This document shows, piece by piece, positions 17,819 through 25,225 of a DNA stretch of 64,000 nt. Position numbers and translations under genes: made by a program. Source of the DNA: Dictyoglomaceae bacterium (lineage in GTDB: Bacteria > Dictyoglomota > Dictyoglomia > Dictyoglomales > Dictyoglomaceae); the NCBI GenBank assembly GCA_049718665.1, contig JBNARO010000004.1:7815-71814 (forward strand), written 5' to 3'. Each line of letters starts with the position of its first letter. Positions within the stretch are counted from its first letter, which is position 1. A model generated the notes under the pieces. The model did no database searches. It had not been told where the DNA came from and was given only the letters and a program-made list of their open reading frames with translations.

Positions 17819-18781
17819 ATGAAGCCAGTTAGCATTGAGGACAGGGTCAAGGGCGGCCTCTACGGCGTGGCCGTTGGAGACGCCCTGGGGGCCACCGTGG
17901 AGTTTATGAGCCGTGACAAAATCCGGGAGAGATACGGGGTACTACGGGACATCGTGGGCGGAGGCTGGCTAAACCTCCGCCCCGGAGAATGGACGGACGA
18001 CACAGAGATGACTCTGGCCGTGGCCGAGGGGATTATAGCCGACCCAGATGACCCGGTTCCACACATCGGGCAGGCCTTCATCAGGTGGCGGAATACCAAC
18101 CCGCCGGACATAGGAACCACCATCAGGGCAACATTCAGGATTTGGGATCGGGATAACCTCACTCACGAGCAATGGCATGTTGCGGCCGAGCGGGCCCACT
18201 GGGAAATGGGAGGTATGAGCGCAGGCAACGGGGCGCTGATGCGGACTTTGCCGGTGGGAATCGCCTACCGATTGATACCTGACGTTTACCGCTTTGCTGT
18301 GAATATAGCACGGATGACGCACTGGGACATAAAGGCAGCTCTTACTTGCGCCGTCTATTCTTTAGCTGTGCGGAACATTTTTGAAGGTGCAGCAGACTGC
18401 TATGAAGCCATAGTTGAGGCCGTACATTTGGTGCGAGAGATAATAGCCAGGAAAGATTACAAGGAAGAGCTAAGAGAGATTGCGGAAAGCCCTATCAATC
18501 GTGATGGGAGTAACCTTAGACCAACCGGGTACACAGTGGACAGTTTTCACTGCGCCATATGGTCGGTGGTGGCAGCCAAGGACTTCGAGGACGCAGTGGT
18601 TCGGGCCGTAAATCTTGGCGGAGATGCGGACACCATCGGAGCTATTACCGGCGGCTTGGCGGGGATCTACTGGGGATATGGGGCCATCCCGCATCGCTGG
18701 TTGGAGAAGTTTACGCGGGAACAGCGGGCCAGGCTGGACCGGGCGGCGGAGGGGCTACTTAAGATCCGAGAAGGTAATTAG
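17819..18781 (+). CDS. ADP-ribosylglycohydrolase (ARH/DraG) family protein
   Basis: GVAVGDALGATVEF, EWTDDTEM and LGGDADTIGAITGG metal-binding motifs are all present. Intact 320-aa ORF with AAGGAG 6 nt upstream of the ATG. Confidence 0.9.
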   Translation: MKPVSIEDRVKGGLYGVAVGDALGATVEFMSRDKIRERYGVLRDIVGGGWLNLRPGEWTDDTEMTLAVAEGIIADPDDPVPHIGQAFIRWRNTNPPDIGTTIRATFRIWDRDNLTHEQWHVAAERAHWEMGGMSAGNGALMRTLPVGIAYRLIPDVYRFAVNIARMTHWDIKAALTCAVYSLAVRNIFEGAADCYEAIVEAVHLVREIIARKDYKEELREIAESPINRDGSNLRPTGYTVDSFHCAIWSVVAAKDFEDAVVRAVNLGGDADTIGAITGGLAGIYWGYGAIPHRWLEKFTREQRARLDRAAEGLLKIREGN

Positions 18782-19120
18782 AGGTGGGGCTATGCACTAT
18801 TGGAGTTATCAAATATGAATCCATGAGACGCCAGGATGATAAGGCAGCAGGCCAACCGGGCCGACCGCTTGAAGAACTAATTATCATGGCCAACCCGCAA
18901 TACCGAGCACAACGCCGAGCGAATACATAAAGGTACCCACCGCCTGGATACCCCTCTGGAATAGTGGGGGCGGGGTAGTAAAGGTCAAGGTGGAAGAAAA
19001 GGCCGCGATATATTTCTTAGGGACCTACCACGGTCGCTCTCTCGCATTTGAGGCCAAACATTGGGGGAATGTCACTAATTTTGAGAAGATCATGAGTCTG
19101 CTGACGCGCTCTTCTCTATA
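17819..19120. other. compositionally foreign GC-rich segment (horizontally acquired DNA or assembly chimera)
   Basis: Abrupt switch from about 30-35% to about 55-60% G+C (eye estimate), with matching GC3-rich codons. Both boundaries fall inside remnants of an efflux operon. Confidence 0.8.
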
Positions 19121-19121
19121 A
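18823..19121 (+). pseudogene. recU-like Holliday-junction resolvase remnant (frameshifted and 3'-truncated)
   Basis: MRRQDDKAAGQPGRPLEELIIMANPQYRAQRRANT* continues in the next frame as YIKVPTAWIPL...YFLGTYHGRSLAFEAKHWGN. This follows the RecU order RG.tLE...N.YY...A.IHK.PTP...DY.G.Y.G..IDFEAK. The C-terminal half is missing. Confidence 0.6.
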
Positions 19122-19481
19122 GAGGATCTTCTCTCTGCTATGAATGAGATTATAAACATATTGACCTTAACCTTAGCAGGAATCGCTGGCGTATCTCTAA
19201 TAGTAGGTGGAATTGGAATTGTGAATATCATGTTAGTAGGATAAGAAAGGCAATTTCTCATAGGATCATCAATCCTTGGAATATTAGGAGGATCTATTGG
19301 TATAGTTTTAGCATTATTAGTAGGTGAAATTATTGTTAGATTTGAAATACCATTCTCTTTAAGTTATGATATTTTAGCTTTAGGATTTTTCTTTTCTCTT
19401 TCCATCGGATTAATTTTTGGAGTTTAGCCAGCTGTCAGAACTGCCAATTTAGATCCTATTCAGGCTTTAAGATCTGAATAA
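19122..19481 (+). pseudogene. C-terminal remnant of an FtsX/MacB-type ABC permease
   Basis: EDLLSAMNEIINILTLTLAGIAGVSLIVGGIGIVNIMLVG*ERQFLIG...GLIFGV*PAVRTANLDPIQALRSE*. Has an in-frame TAA and TAG, the TERTREIGIRKALGA block is deleted, and the N-terminal ~280 aa are absent. Confidence 0.75.
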
Positions 19482-19568
19482 AATCTTAAACAATTTTAAA
19501 TTATTGACAAAAAATTTCAATTTTATAAAATTATAATTGATAATTTTGAAAAAGGAGATTAAAATTTT

Positions 19569-19961
19569 ATGGCACATTATTTGCCAAGATGTCCCATATG
19601 TGGAAGAGAGATGACCATCATAAAATTGAAGTGTAATAACTGTAATATTACTATTGAAGGAGAATTTCTGGCTAATAAGTTAGCATCATTAACACCAGAG
19701 GAACAAGAATTTTTAGAACTATTTTTAAGGACAAGAGGAAACGTTAAGGAAATGGAAAGAATACTTAAAATATCTTATCCAACATTAAGAAACAAATTAG
19801 ACAATATGTTAAGATCCATAGGTATAATGCCTATAGAAGAGGAAGAATCAAAAAGTAAGGCAAGAGATATTATTGAGAAGTTAGAAAAGGGAGAGATAAC
19901 TGTTCAAGAGGCCTTAAAGATTTTGGATAAGGAAAAAGATAAAGGAGAGGAGGTTTCATAA
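19569..19961 (+). CDS. DUF2089-family zinc-ribbon plus HTH protein
   Basis: CPICG...CNNC zinc ribbon followed by LTPEEQEFLELFLRTRGNVKEMERILKISYPTLRNKLDNM. Confidence 0.8.
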   Translation: MAHYLPRCPICGREMTIIKLKCNNCNITIEGEFLANKLASLTPEEQEFLELFLRTRGNVKEMERILKISYPTLRNKLDNMLRSIGIMPIEEEESKSKARDIIEKLEKGEITVQEALKILDKEKDKGEEVS

Positions 19962-19964
19962 AAA

Positions 19965-20498
19965 ATGTCCTTTAGGATTTTTTGGGGATTTGTTTTTCTA
20001 ATTTTAGGAGTTTCACTAATTGCTCGTAACTTTGGTATCCCTATATTGAGTGAAATTTGGAAACTATGGCCCCTAATATTTGTTTATCTTGGATATATAA
20101 TTCTCTCTCGTACGAGCAAAAAAAATAATTATTTTAGGAGGTTTAAAAAAATGAGAGAAGAAAGATTTAAAATTTTAAAGCTTATTGAGGAGGGCAAGGT
20201 AAAGGCAGAGGAGGCTGAAGAATTACTTAAAAAATTAGAAGAAACTCAAGAAAAAGAAAAAAGATTTTTAAAAGTTAATGTGATTGAGAATGGAAAAACA
20301 AAAGTAAATGTAACTATACCTATATCACTAATAAGATGGGGATTGAAATTTGCCAGTAAATATTCATCAGGAGAATATGGGGAGAAAATTGAAATTACAC
20401 CGGAAGAAATAGAATCACTCATTAATGATCCAGATTTTAGAGGAAGAATTGTGGATATTAATGAGGAGAATGAACAAGTTATTGTGGAGATTGTTTAG
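19965..20498 (+). CDS. membrane protein with a LiaF-like TM region and a SHOCT/LiaX-like helical motif
   Basis: Two N-terminal TM helices, then EERFKILKLIEEGKVKAEEAEELLKKLE. Starts 3 nt after the DUF2089 gene. Confidence 0.6.
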   Translation: MSFRIFWGFVFLILGVSLIARNFGIPILSEIWKLWPLIFVYLGYIILSRTSKKNNYFRRFKKMREERFKILKLIEEGKVKAEEAEELLKKLEETQEKEKRFLKVNVIENGKTKVNVTIPISLIRWGLKFASKYSSGEYGEKIEITPEEIESLINDPDFRGRIVDINEENEQVIVEIV

Positions 20499-20505
20499 AT
20501 TAATT

Positions 20506-20539
20506 GGGGGCTTATAATTTTTTTTATCTATAAGCCCCC
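20506..20539. terminator. bidirectional intrinsic terminator
   Basis: GGGGGCTTATA / 12-nt T-rich loop / TATAAGCCCCC, between convergent stops at 20498 and 20541. Confidence 0.7.
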
Positions 20540-20540
20540 C

Positions 20541-21269
20541 TCATAAATTTATAATCTCATATCTTCCCCAAATTCCCAAATACTTTCCCATAATAATTAT
20601 TACTTCATGGACTTCTGGAAATCCTTTTGCAAACTCTATTCCTAAATTTATATCTTCAGGTTTTTGAATCATATTTCCTACCGCTGTAGCAAGAGTATCA
20701 GAAAGTATAGCGGATTCTGAGACTATAACTACTGCATCAGCATTTCCAAAACTTAAAGAGGGGCCTACAGTAGCAGAAGAAGTGCATATTCCGAGAGTGG
20801 AATTTTGGGGTATTAAAATTCCCAATTTATTACTCCATGGTGATTTCCCTGCAAAAATAGCAACTTTCCTTTCCTTTTTTGTACTTAAAAATATATCTCC
20901 ACCATTTTCTATAATGACTTGAGATGTATATTTTAATAAGTCTTTTCCTACAAATTCTGCTATAGCACCTGCAACTCCTGCCATAGGACCGACGCCTACC
21001 CTACCTGCCCAATATGCCATCTCTTTTACAATTGATGGAGCAGAAGGTAAAACTTTGTAGGGTTCTAAGGTTATGTAAAATAGTAGATCCAGCCTTATAT
21101 ATTCCTCTAATTGCTCTCTATAATATTCTAAGATTTCTTTTGCCTCCTTTTGTAATTTCTTTTCTGCCAAAATAAAAAGATCACTCTCCCTGATTTTTAC
21201 AGGAAAACCAATAAGATCATCTGCTTTCATATATTTTCTATATTCTCTTTTTACATACTCATTTGACAT
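20541..21269 (-). CDS. UPF0280 / COG2122 (ApbE-like) protein
   Basis: 242 aa with GVGPMAGVAGAIAE and a GNAD...S pattern typical of UPF0280. Confidence 0.65.
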   Translation of the reverse strand: MSNEYVKREYRKYMKADDLIGFPVKIRESDLFILAEKKLQKEAKEILEYYREQLEEYIRLDLLFYITLEPYKVLPSAPSIVKEMAYWAGRVGVGPMAGVAGAIAEFVGKDLLKYTSQVIIENGGDIFLSTKKERKVAIFAGKSPWSNKLGILIPQNSTLGICTSSATVGPSLSFGNADAVVIVSESAILSDTLATAVGNMIQKPEDINLGIEFAKGFPEVHEVIIIMGKYLGIWGRYEIINL

Positions 21270-21353
21270 TTTTGCACCTTGGTAATAAAATTACTAACGT
21301 TCTTTAAATGTAATTATAATGGAAAAGAGGTGTAATTTAAATAAATTAGTTAT

Positions 21354-22709
21354 ATGGATATTTTAGAAGCAGGAATATCTCCTTTTAGGAGAAATAATCC
21401 TGCATGGTTTTTTATTAGAAGTTTTATACTTGTAATTCTTACCGGAACTTTTCTCTTGATGCTCCCCATATCCTCCAAAAGTGGAAAATTTACAGATTTT
21501 ATTACTGCTTTATTTACAGCTACTTCCGCTACTTGTGTTACAGGACTTGTAGTTGTAGATACGGGAACTTATTGGTCTAATTTTGGGCAGTTAGTTATTA
21601 TGAGTTTAATACAGATTGGTGGATTGAGTTATATTGTTCTTGCAACTTCTTTAATGATTCTTCTTAATAGGAGAATTCCTTTAAGAGAAAGGATTATGAT
21701 TCAATTTTCTTTAAATGCCATTTCTATAAAGGGAATAGTAGGATTACTTAAAGGAGTTTTAATATCTGTCCTCATATTTGAAGGTATTGGGGCTTTATCT
21801 CTATTTACCATTTTCATTAGACAATATCCACTACTTAAGGCTATAAAATTTGCAATCTTTCATGCTATTTCTGCCTTTTGTAATGCGGGTTTTGATCTTA
21901 TAGGCGGATTTAAAAGCTTCACAGATTATGTAGATAATATCCAATTGAATCTTACAGTCACATCTCTAATAATTACAGGAGGAATTGGGTTTTTTGTTAT
22001 ATATGATATTTACCAGAAGATAAGAAGAAAGAAAAATCATTTATCCCTTCATTCTAAAGTAGCATTATTCACTACTTTATTTTTAATTATCCTTGGAACT
22101 ATTGTAATATTTGTCTTAGAATATAATAACACTTTGAAACCTCTTTCTTGGCAAGGGAAAATATTAGGTTCTTATTTCCAGAGTGTTACACCAAGAACCG
22201 CAGGTTTTAATACCTTAGATATTGGGAAGATGAAACCTGCTACATGGCTATTTTTAATATTTTTAATGTTCATAGGGGCATCCCCAGGAGGAACAGGTGG
22301 TGGTATAAAAACTGTTACTTTTTTGGTCCTTGTTCTGAGTATTTATACTATTCTTTTAGAAAGGAAACATGTGCATTTTAAAAATAGAAGTCTTAATTGG
22401 GAAACTGTGAAAAGAGCATGGGCAGTGTTTTTCTTCTCTCTTAATTTAGTTTTAATATCTTGGTTTTTATTACTTCTTTTAGAGCCTTTTGAACCTCTAA
22501 AATCTTTATTTGAAGTAGTATCTGCCTTTGGAACTGTGGGTTTATCTACAGGGATAACTCCACAGCTTTCTTCTTTTGGAAGGCTTGTGATTATTTTTAC
22601 TATGTTTTTGGGGAGGGTAGGAACTGTAACTGCAGGTTTAGCTCTCCTTTCTTCTATAAATCACAAGAAAGTAATAGACTATCCTATGGAGGAGGTAAGT
22701 GTAGGATAA
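21354..22709 (+). CDS. ktrB: TrkH/KtrB-family potassium uptake membrane subunit
   Basis: 451 aa, multi-TM, with repeated selectivity-filter-like segments (TATCVTG, CNAGF, RTAGF, FGTVGLS). Confidence 0.88.
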   Translation: MDILEAGISPFRRNNPAWFFIRSFILVILTGTFLLMLPISSKSGKFTDFITALFTATSATCVTGLVVVDTGTYWSNFGQLVIMSLIQIGGLSYIVLATSLMILLNRRIPLRERIMIQFSLNAISIKGIVGLLKGVLISVLIFEGIGALSLFTIFIRQYPLLKAIKFAIFHAISAFCNAGFDLIGGFKSFTDYVDNIQLNLTVTSLIITGGIGFFVIYDIYQKIRRKKNHLSLHSKVALFTTLFLIILGTIVIFVLEYNNTLKPLSWQGKILGSYFQSVTPRTAGFNTLDIGKMKPATWLFLIFLMFIGASPGGTGGGIKTVTFLVLVLSIYTILLERKHVHFKNRSLNWETVKRAWAVFFFSLNLVLISWFLLLLLEPFEPLKSLFEVVSAFGTVGLSTGITPQLSSFGRLVIIFTMFLGRVGTVTAGLALLSSINHKKVIDYPMEEVSVG

Positions 22710-22710
22710 T

Positions 22711-23409
22711 ATGAAATCATTATTTTATAAGCTGGGACTTTCTAAAGAAAAGTTTCAACAGTTTACAGTTATTGGACTTGGGAGATTTGGTTCTACTGTA
22801 GCTATTACTTTGGAAAGACTTGGGGCTTCTGTGTTGGCTATTGATGAGGATGAGAAAAAGGTGGAAGAAATTAAGGATTATGTGTCCTTCGCAAAAGTAG
22901 CTGATGCTACAAATATTAATGCTTTAAAGGATGCGGGAGTTCAAAATTCTGACGTGGCAATTATTGCTATTGCGAGTGATATTCAGTCTTCTGTTCTTGC
23001 GACATTATTAGTTAAGGAATTAGGAGTAAAATATGTAGTGGCAAAAGCTACGAGTGATGCTCATGGTAAGATTTTGGAGAAGATTGGAGCAGATTTGGTA
23101 GTATTTCCAGAGAAGGAAAGTGGAGAATTTCTTGCTCAAAGATTAGTAGTTCCCAATATAATTGATTTTATGGAGCTTTCAGGAAATGTTAAAATATTTG
23201 AAGTGAAATCCAATCCTCATCTTATAGGAAAGAGTTTAGACGAACTACAACTGAGAAGAAAATATAATCTTAGTGTTTTAGCAATTCATCGAGGTGGAGA
23301 CATTATTGTTAATCCCCACCCCGATGAGAGGATAAAAGAAGAGGATATTCTTTACATAGTAGGAACTTTAGATAATCTAAATAAACTACTTATGGTAGAG
23401 AATATTTAA
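22711..23409 (+). CDS. ktrA: TrkA/KtrA potassium uptake regulatory subunit (RCK N and C domains)
   Basis: IGLGRFGSTVA Rossmann loop, 232 aa. Starts 2 nt after ktrB. Confidence 0.88.
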   Translation: MKSLFYKLGLSKEKFQQFTVIGLGRFGSTVAITLERLGASVLAIDEDEKKVEEIKDYVSFAKVADATNINALKDAGVQNSDVAIIAIASDIQSSVLATLLVKELGVKYVVAKATSDAHGKILEKIGADLVVFPEKESGEFLAQRLVVPNIIDFMELSGNVKIFEVKSNPHLIGKSLDELQLRRKYNLSVLAIHRGGDIIVNPHPDERIKEEDILYIVGTLDNLNKLLMVENI

Positions 23410-23819
23410 GCTAATAATTTTATCTCCATAGCTCTATAGGGACATATATCTACACAAATGCCACAAGTAGTGCATTTTTGGGGATCAAAACTTACCAAAT
23501 AAGTCTTTTCATCTCTTTGTAAAGCTTTAGTAGGGCAATAATTTACACAATATCCACAGTGAGTACATCTTGTTTCGTCCCATATTATATCTTGGGATAA
23601 AGGCTGAATTTTTACTTCTAATTCCTTTAAATATTGTATTCCTTTTTGAAAATTTTCCTCTTCTCCAGTAATTTCTAAAACCATAACTCCTTCCTCATCT
23701 GGAGTTATGGTTGCTTTAAGAATATTAAAGTCTAAATCAAATTTCCGGACCAGATTGACTATTACAGGTTTATCTGCTAAATGTTTTGGAAAATGAAGTA
23801 CCACCCTTTCTGTTCTCAT
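23406..23819 (-). CDS. NIL domain plus 2x[4Fe-4S] ferredoxin protein
   Basis: N-terminal NIL-like domain, then CTHCGYCVNYCP and CTTCGICVDICP. Its ATG overlaps the upstream gene's stop (ATGA). Confidence 0.85.
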   Translation of the reverse strand: MRTERVVLHFPKHLADKPVIVNLVRKFDLDFNILKATITPDEEGVMVLEITGEEENFQKGIQYLKELEVKIQPLSQDIIWDETRCTHCGYCVNYCPTKALQRDEKTYLVSFDPQKCTTCGICVDICPYRAMEIKLLA

Positions 23820-25039
23820 TTTTTCCCTACCTCCTCTTTAATTTCTCTTCCAGAAAAGGGTTTAAATTTAATTCCTGATTCTGGTCCGGGGATAGGAGCA
23901 GAAGGTTTAGTAAGTAAGAATTTCCCTTCCTTTATCCATTCTTTTAATATATCTGCAATCTCTCTTGCTTTTGCATAGCTTGATAAAGGATTTGTGGGAA
24001 CTTTTTTCCCTAAGATTTCTATTTCTCCACTTCTTAACTGTTTATAATTTACCTCTGTGATAACCTCTGGTTCTCTATTAGGATAAGAAGAGCTGTAATC
24101 TACTACTGGGGCATATATATCTTCATCTTTTACCGATGTATAAAAGGCTATCTCTTCATCTAATACTGGAATAGGAACTCCAATACCTACTGCTAAGGAT
24201 ACTCCATATCCAATTATACTTACTCCCCTCAACCACTTTGGACTCATTTGTTTTAGATCTCCAATTACCGCAATAGTTCCTGCTCCTCTCTTTGGAACTC
24301 CATTTTCTCCCCTTAATGCGGATGGATCATGCTGAGTCCCTTGCCATACAATATATCCAACTCCTCCGCCTAAGAATATTTTTGTTCCTATTCCAATGGT
24401 TTTGTAGAAGGGATCATTGAGAAGAGGAGAAAGTTGTCCCGCACTGCTATAATTAGCATTTCCTAAATTTGGTCTTAACATTCCGAGATATGTATAAATA
24501 GTTCTGTTTGATAAGTTTACTGCTACGTTGTAGTTTTGATAAGCGTTTCTTACATTAAAAAGTACCGCCTCGTTTAGGTCATTAATATTTATATATGCTG
24601 TTAAACTCTTTCTGGGATAACAATCTGTTCCATAAGTTACCGCAGTTAAAAGAATCTCCTTTCCTGCCACTAAATCCTCAATCACATGTCCTCCACCATA
24701 AGGAAATTTTCCAGGATAATATCTATTTCTTGGGTCATCATCGGGTAGTGCGGTGGCACCTAAGAATACATCTACTGCTGCATACCCCGCATATGCGGGA
24801 ACATTATTTAGATATACTTTCCCTCCACCCAATTTAATTCTTGGTTTTGTGTGTCCAATGTTAAAATAAATTCCAGAGGAACACATAATTCCAAAAGTTC
24901 CAGTAGTGACTACATCTACCTCTTTTGCTGCTTTTTCCACCCCCTTTTCTTTAACAATATCAATCATCTCTTCAGCAGTTACCACCACTGCCTTACCCTG
25001 GCGGATTTTCTCATTGATTTCTTCAATGGTCTTTGCCAT
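23816..25039 (-). CDS. COG1900/DUF39 homocysteine biosynthesis protein
   Basis: MAKTIEEINEKIRQGKAVVVTAEEM... is the typical DUF39 N-terminus. 407 aa, paired with the NIL-ferredoxin gene. Confidence 0.8.
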   Translation of the reverse strand: MAKTIEEINEKIRQGKAVVVTAEEMIDIVKEKGVEKAAKEVDVVTTGTFGIMCSSGIYFNIGHTKPRIKLGGGKVYLNNVPAYAGYAAVDVFLGATALPDDDPRNRYYPGKFPYGGGHVIEDLVAGKEILLTAVTYGTDCYPRKSLTAYININDLNEAVLFNVRNAYQNYNVAVNLSNRTIYTYLGMLRPNLGNANYSSAGQLSPLLNDPFYKTIGIGTKIFLGGGVGYIVWQGTQHDPSALRGENGVPKRGAGTIAVIGDLKQMSPKWLRGVSIIGYGVSLAVGIGVPIPVLDEEIAFYTSVKDEDIYAPVVDYSSSYPNREPEVITEVNYKQLRSGEIEILGKKVPTNPLSSYAKAREIADILKEWIKEGKFLLTKPSAPIPGPESGIKFKPFSGREIKEEVGKK

Positions 25040-25170
25040 TTTTTACCCTCCCTTTCAAAAATTTTGTTGTATTTATTGCTCTGAACCGCCCTCTTCGGGC
25101 AAGGCATGATCCATAACATCCTTATCACCTCCCTTTTCTTTTTAAATTGTAAAAAGGGAAAAGATTTGAG
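25040..25170 (-). promoter_or_regulatory. ~130-nt structured 5' leader of the COG1900 operon (class unknown)
   Basis: Pyrimidine tract UCUUUUCCCUUUUU is complementary to two AAAGGGAGG copies, one of which is the real SD. Also a GC-rich hairpin UUGCCC-GAAGA-GGGCGG. Confidence 0.4.
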
Positions 25171-25175
25171 TTGGA

Positions 25176-25204
25176 ATTATACCAAAATAATCCAAATTAT
25201 GCAA
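25176..25204 (-). promoter_or_regulatory. near-consensus sigma70 promoter with an extended -10
   Basis: On the minus strand: TTGCAT (25204-25199), 17-nt spacer, TGGTATAAT (-10 at 25181-25176). Confidence 0.65.
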
Positions 25205-25225
25205 GGGGTATAAGAATTATATTAA

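Noticed and set aside
17860-18818. Five additional ORFs of 67-117 aa on both strands inside the ADP-ribosylglycohydrolase gene (17860-18162, 17969-18322, 18470-18694, 18559-18762, 18615-18818).
   Set aside because: High-GC DNA has few stop codons in any frame. Their translations are low-complexity (Arg/Gly/Pro/Ser-rich) with no motifs. They all overlap a full-length ARH ORF that has complete family motifs.
19025-19261. 78-aa minus-strand ORF across the junction between the recU-like and FtsX remnants.
   Set aside because: It is antisense to two recognisable plus-strand pseudogene fragments and straddles the composition boundary, with no motif.
17619-19481. Calling the GC-rich segment a mobile element (IS, transposon, integron cassette or prophage remnant).
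   Set aside because: No transposase, integrase or recombinase ORF was seen, nor terminal inverted repeats, flanking direct repeats or an attC-like site. It is reported as foreign DNA of unknown mechanism instead.
25040-25170. Possibility that the COG1900 leader is a SAM-I (S-box) riboswitch.
   Set aside because: I could not find the conserved SAM-I elements (the UCUUAUC..AGAG, GAGGGA and GCAACC blocks). It is kept only as an unclassified candidate leader.
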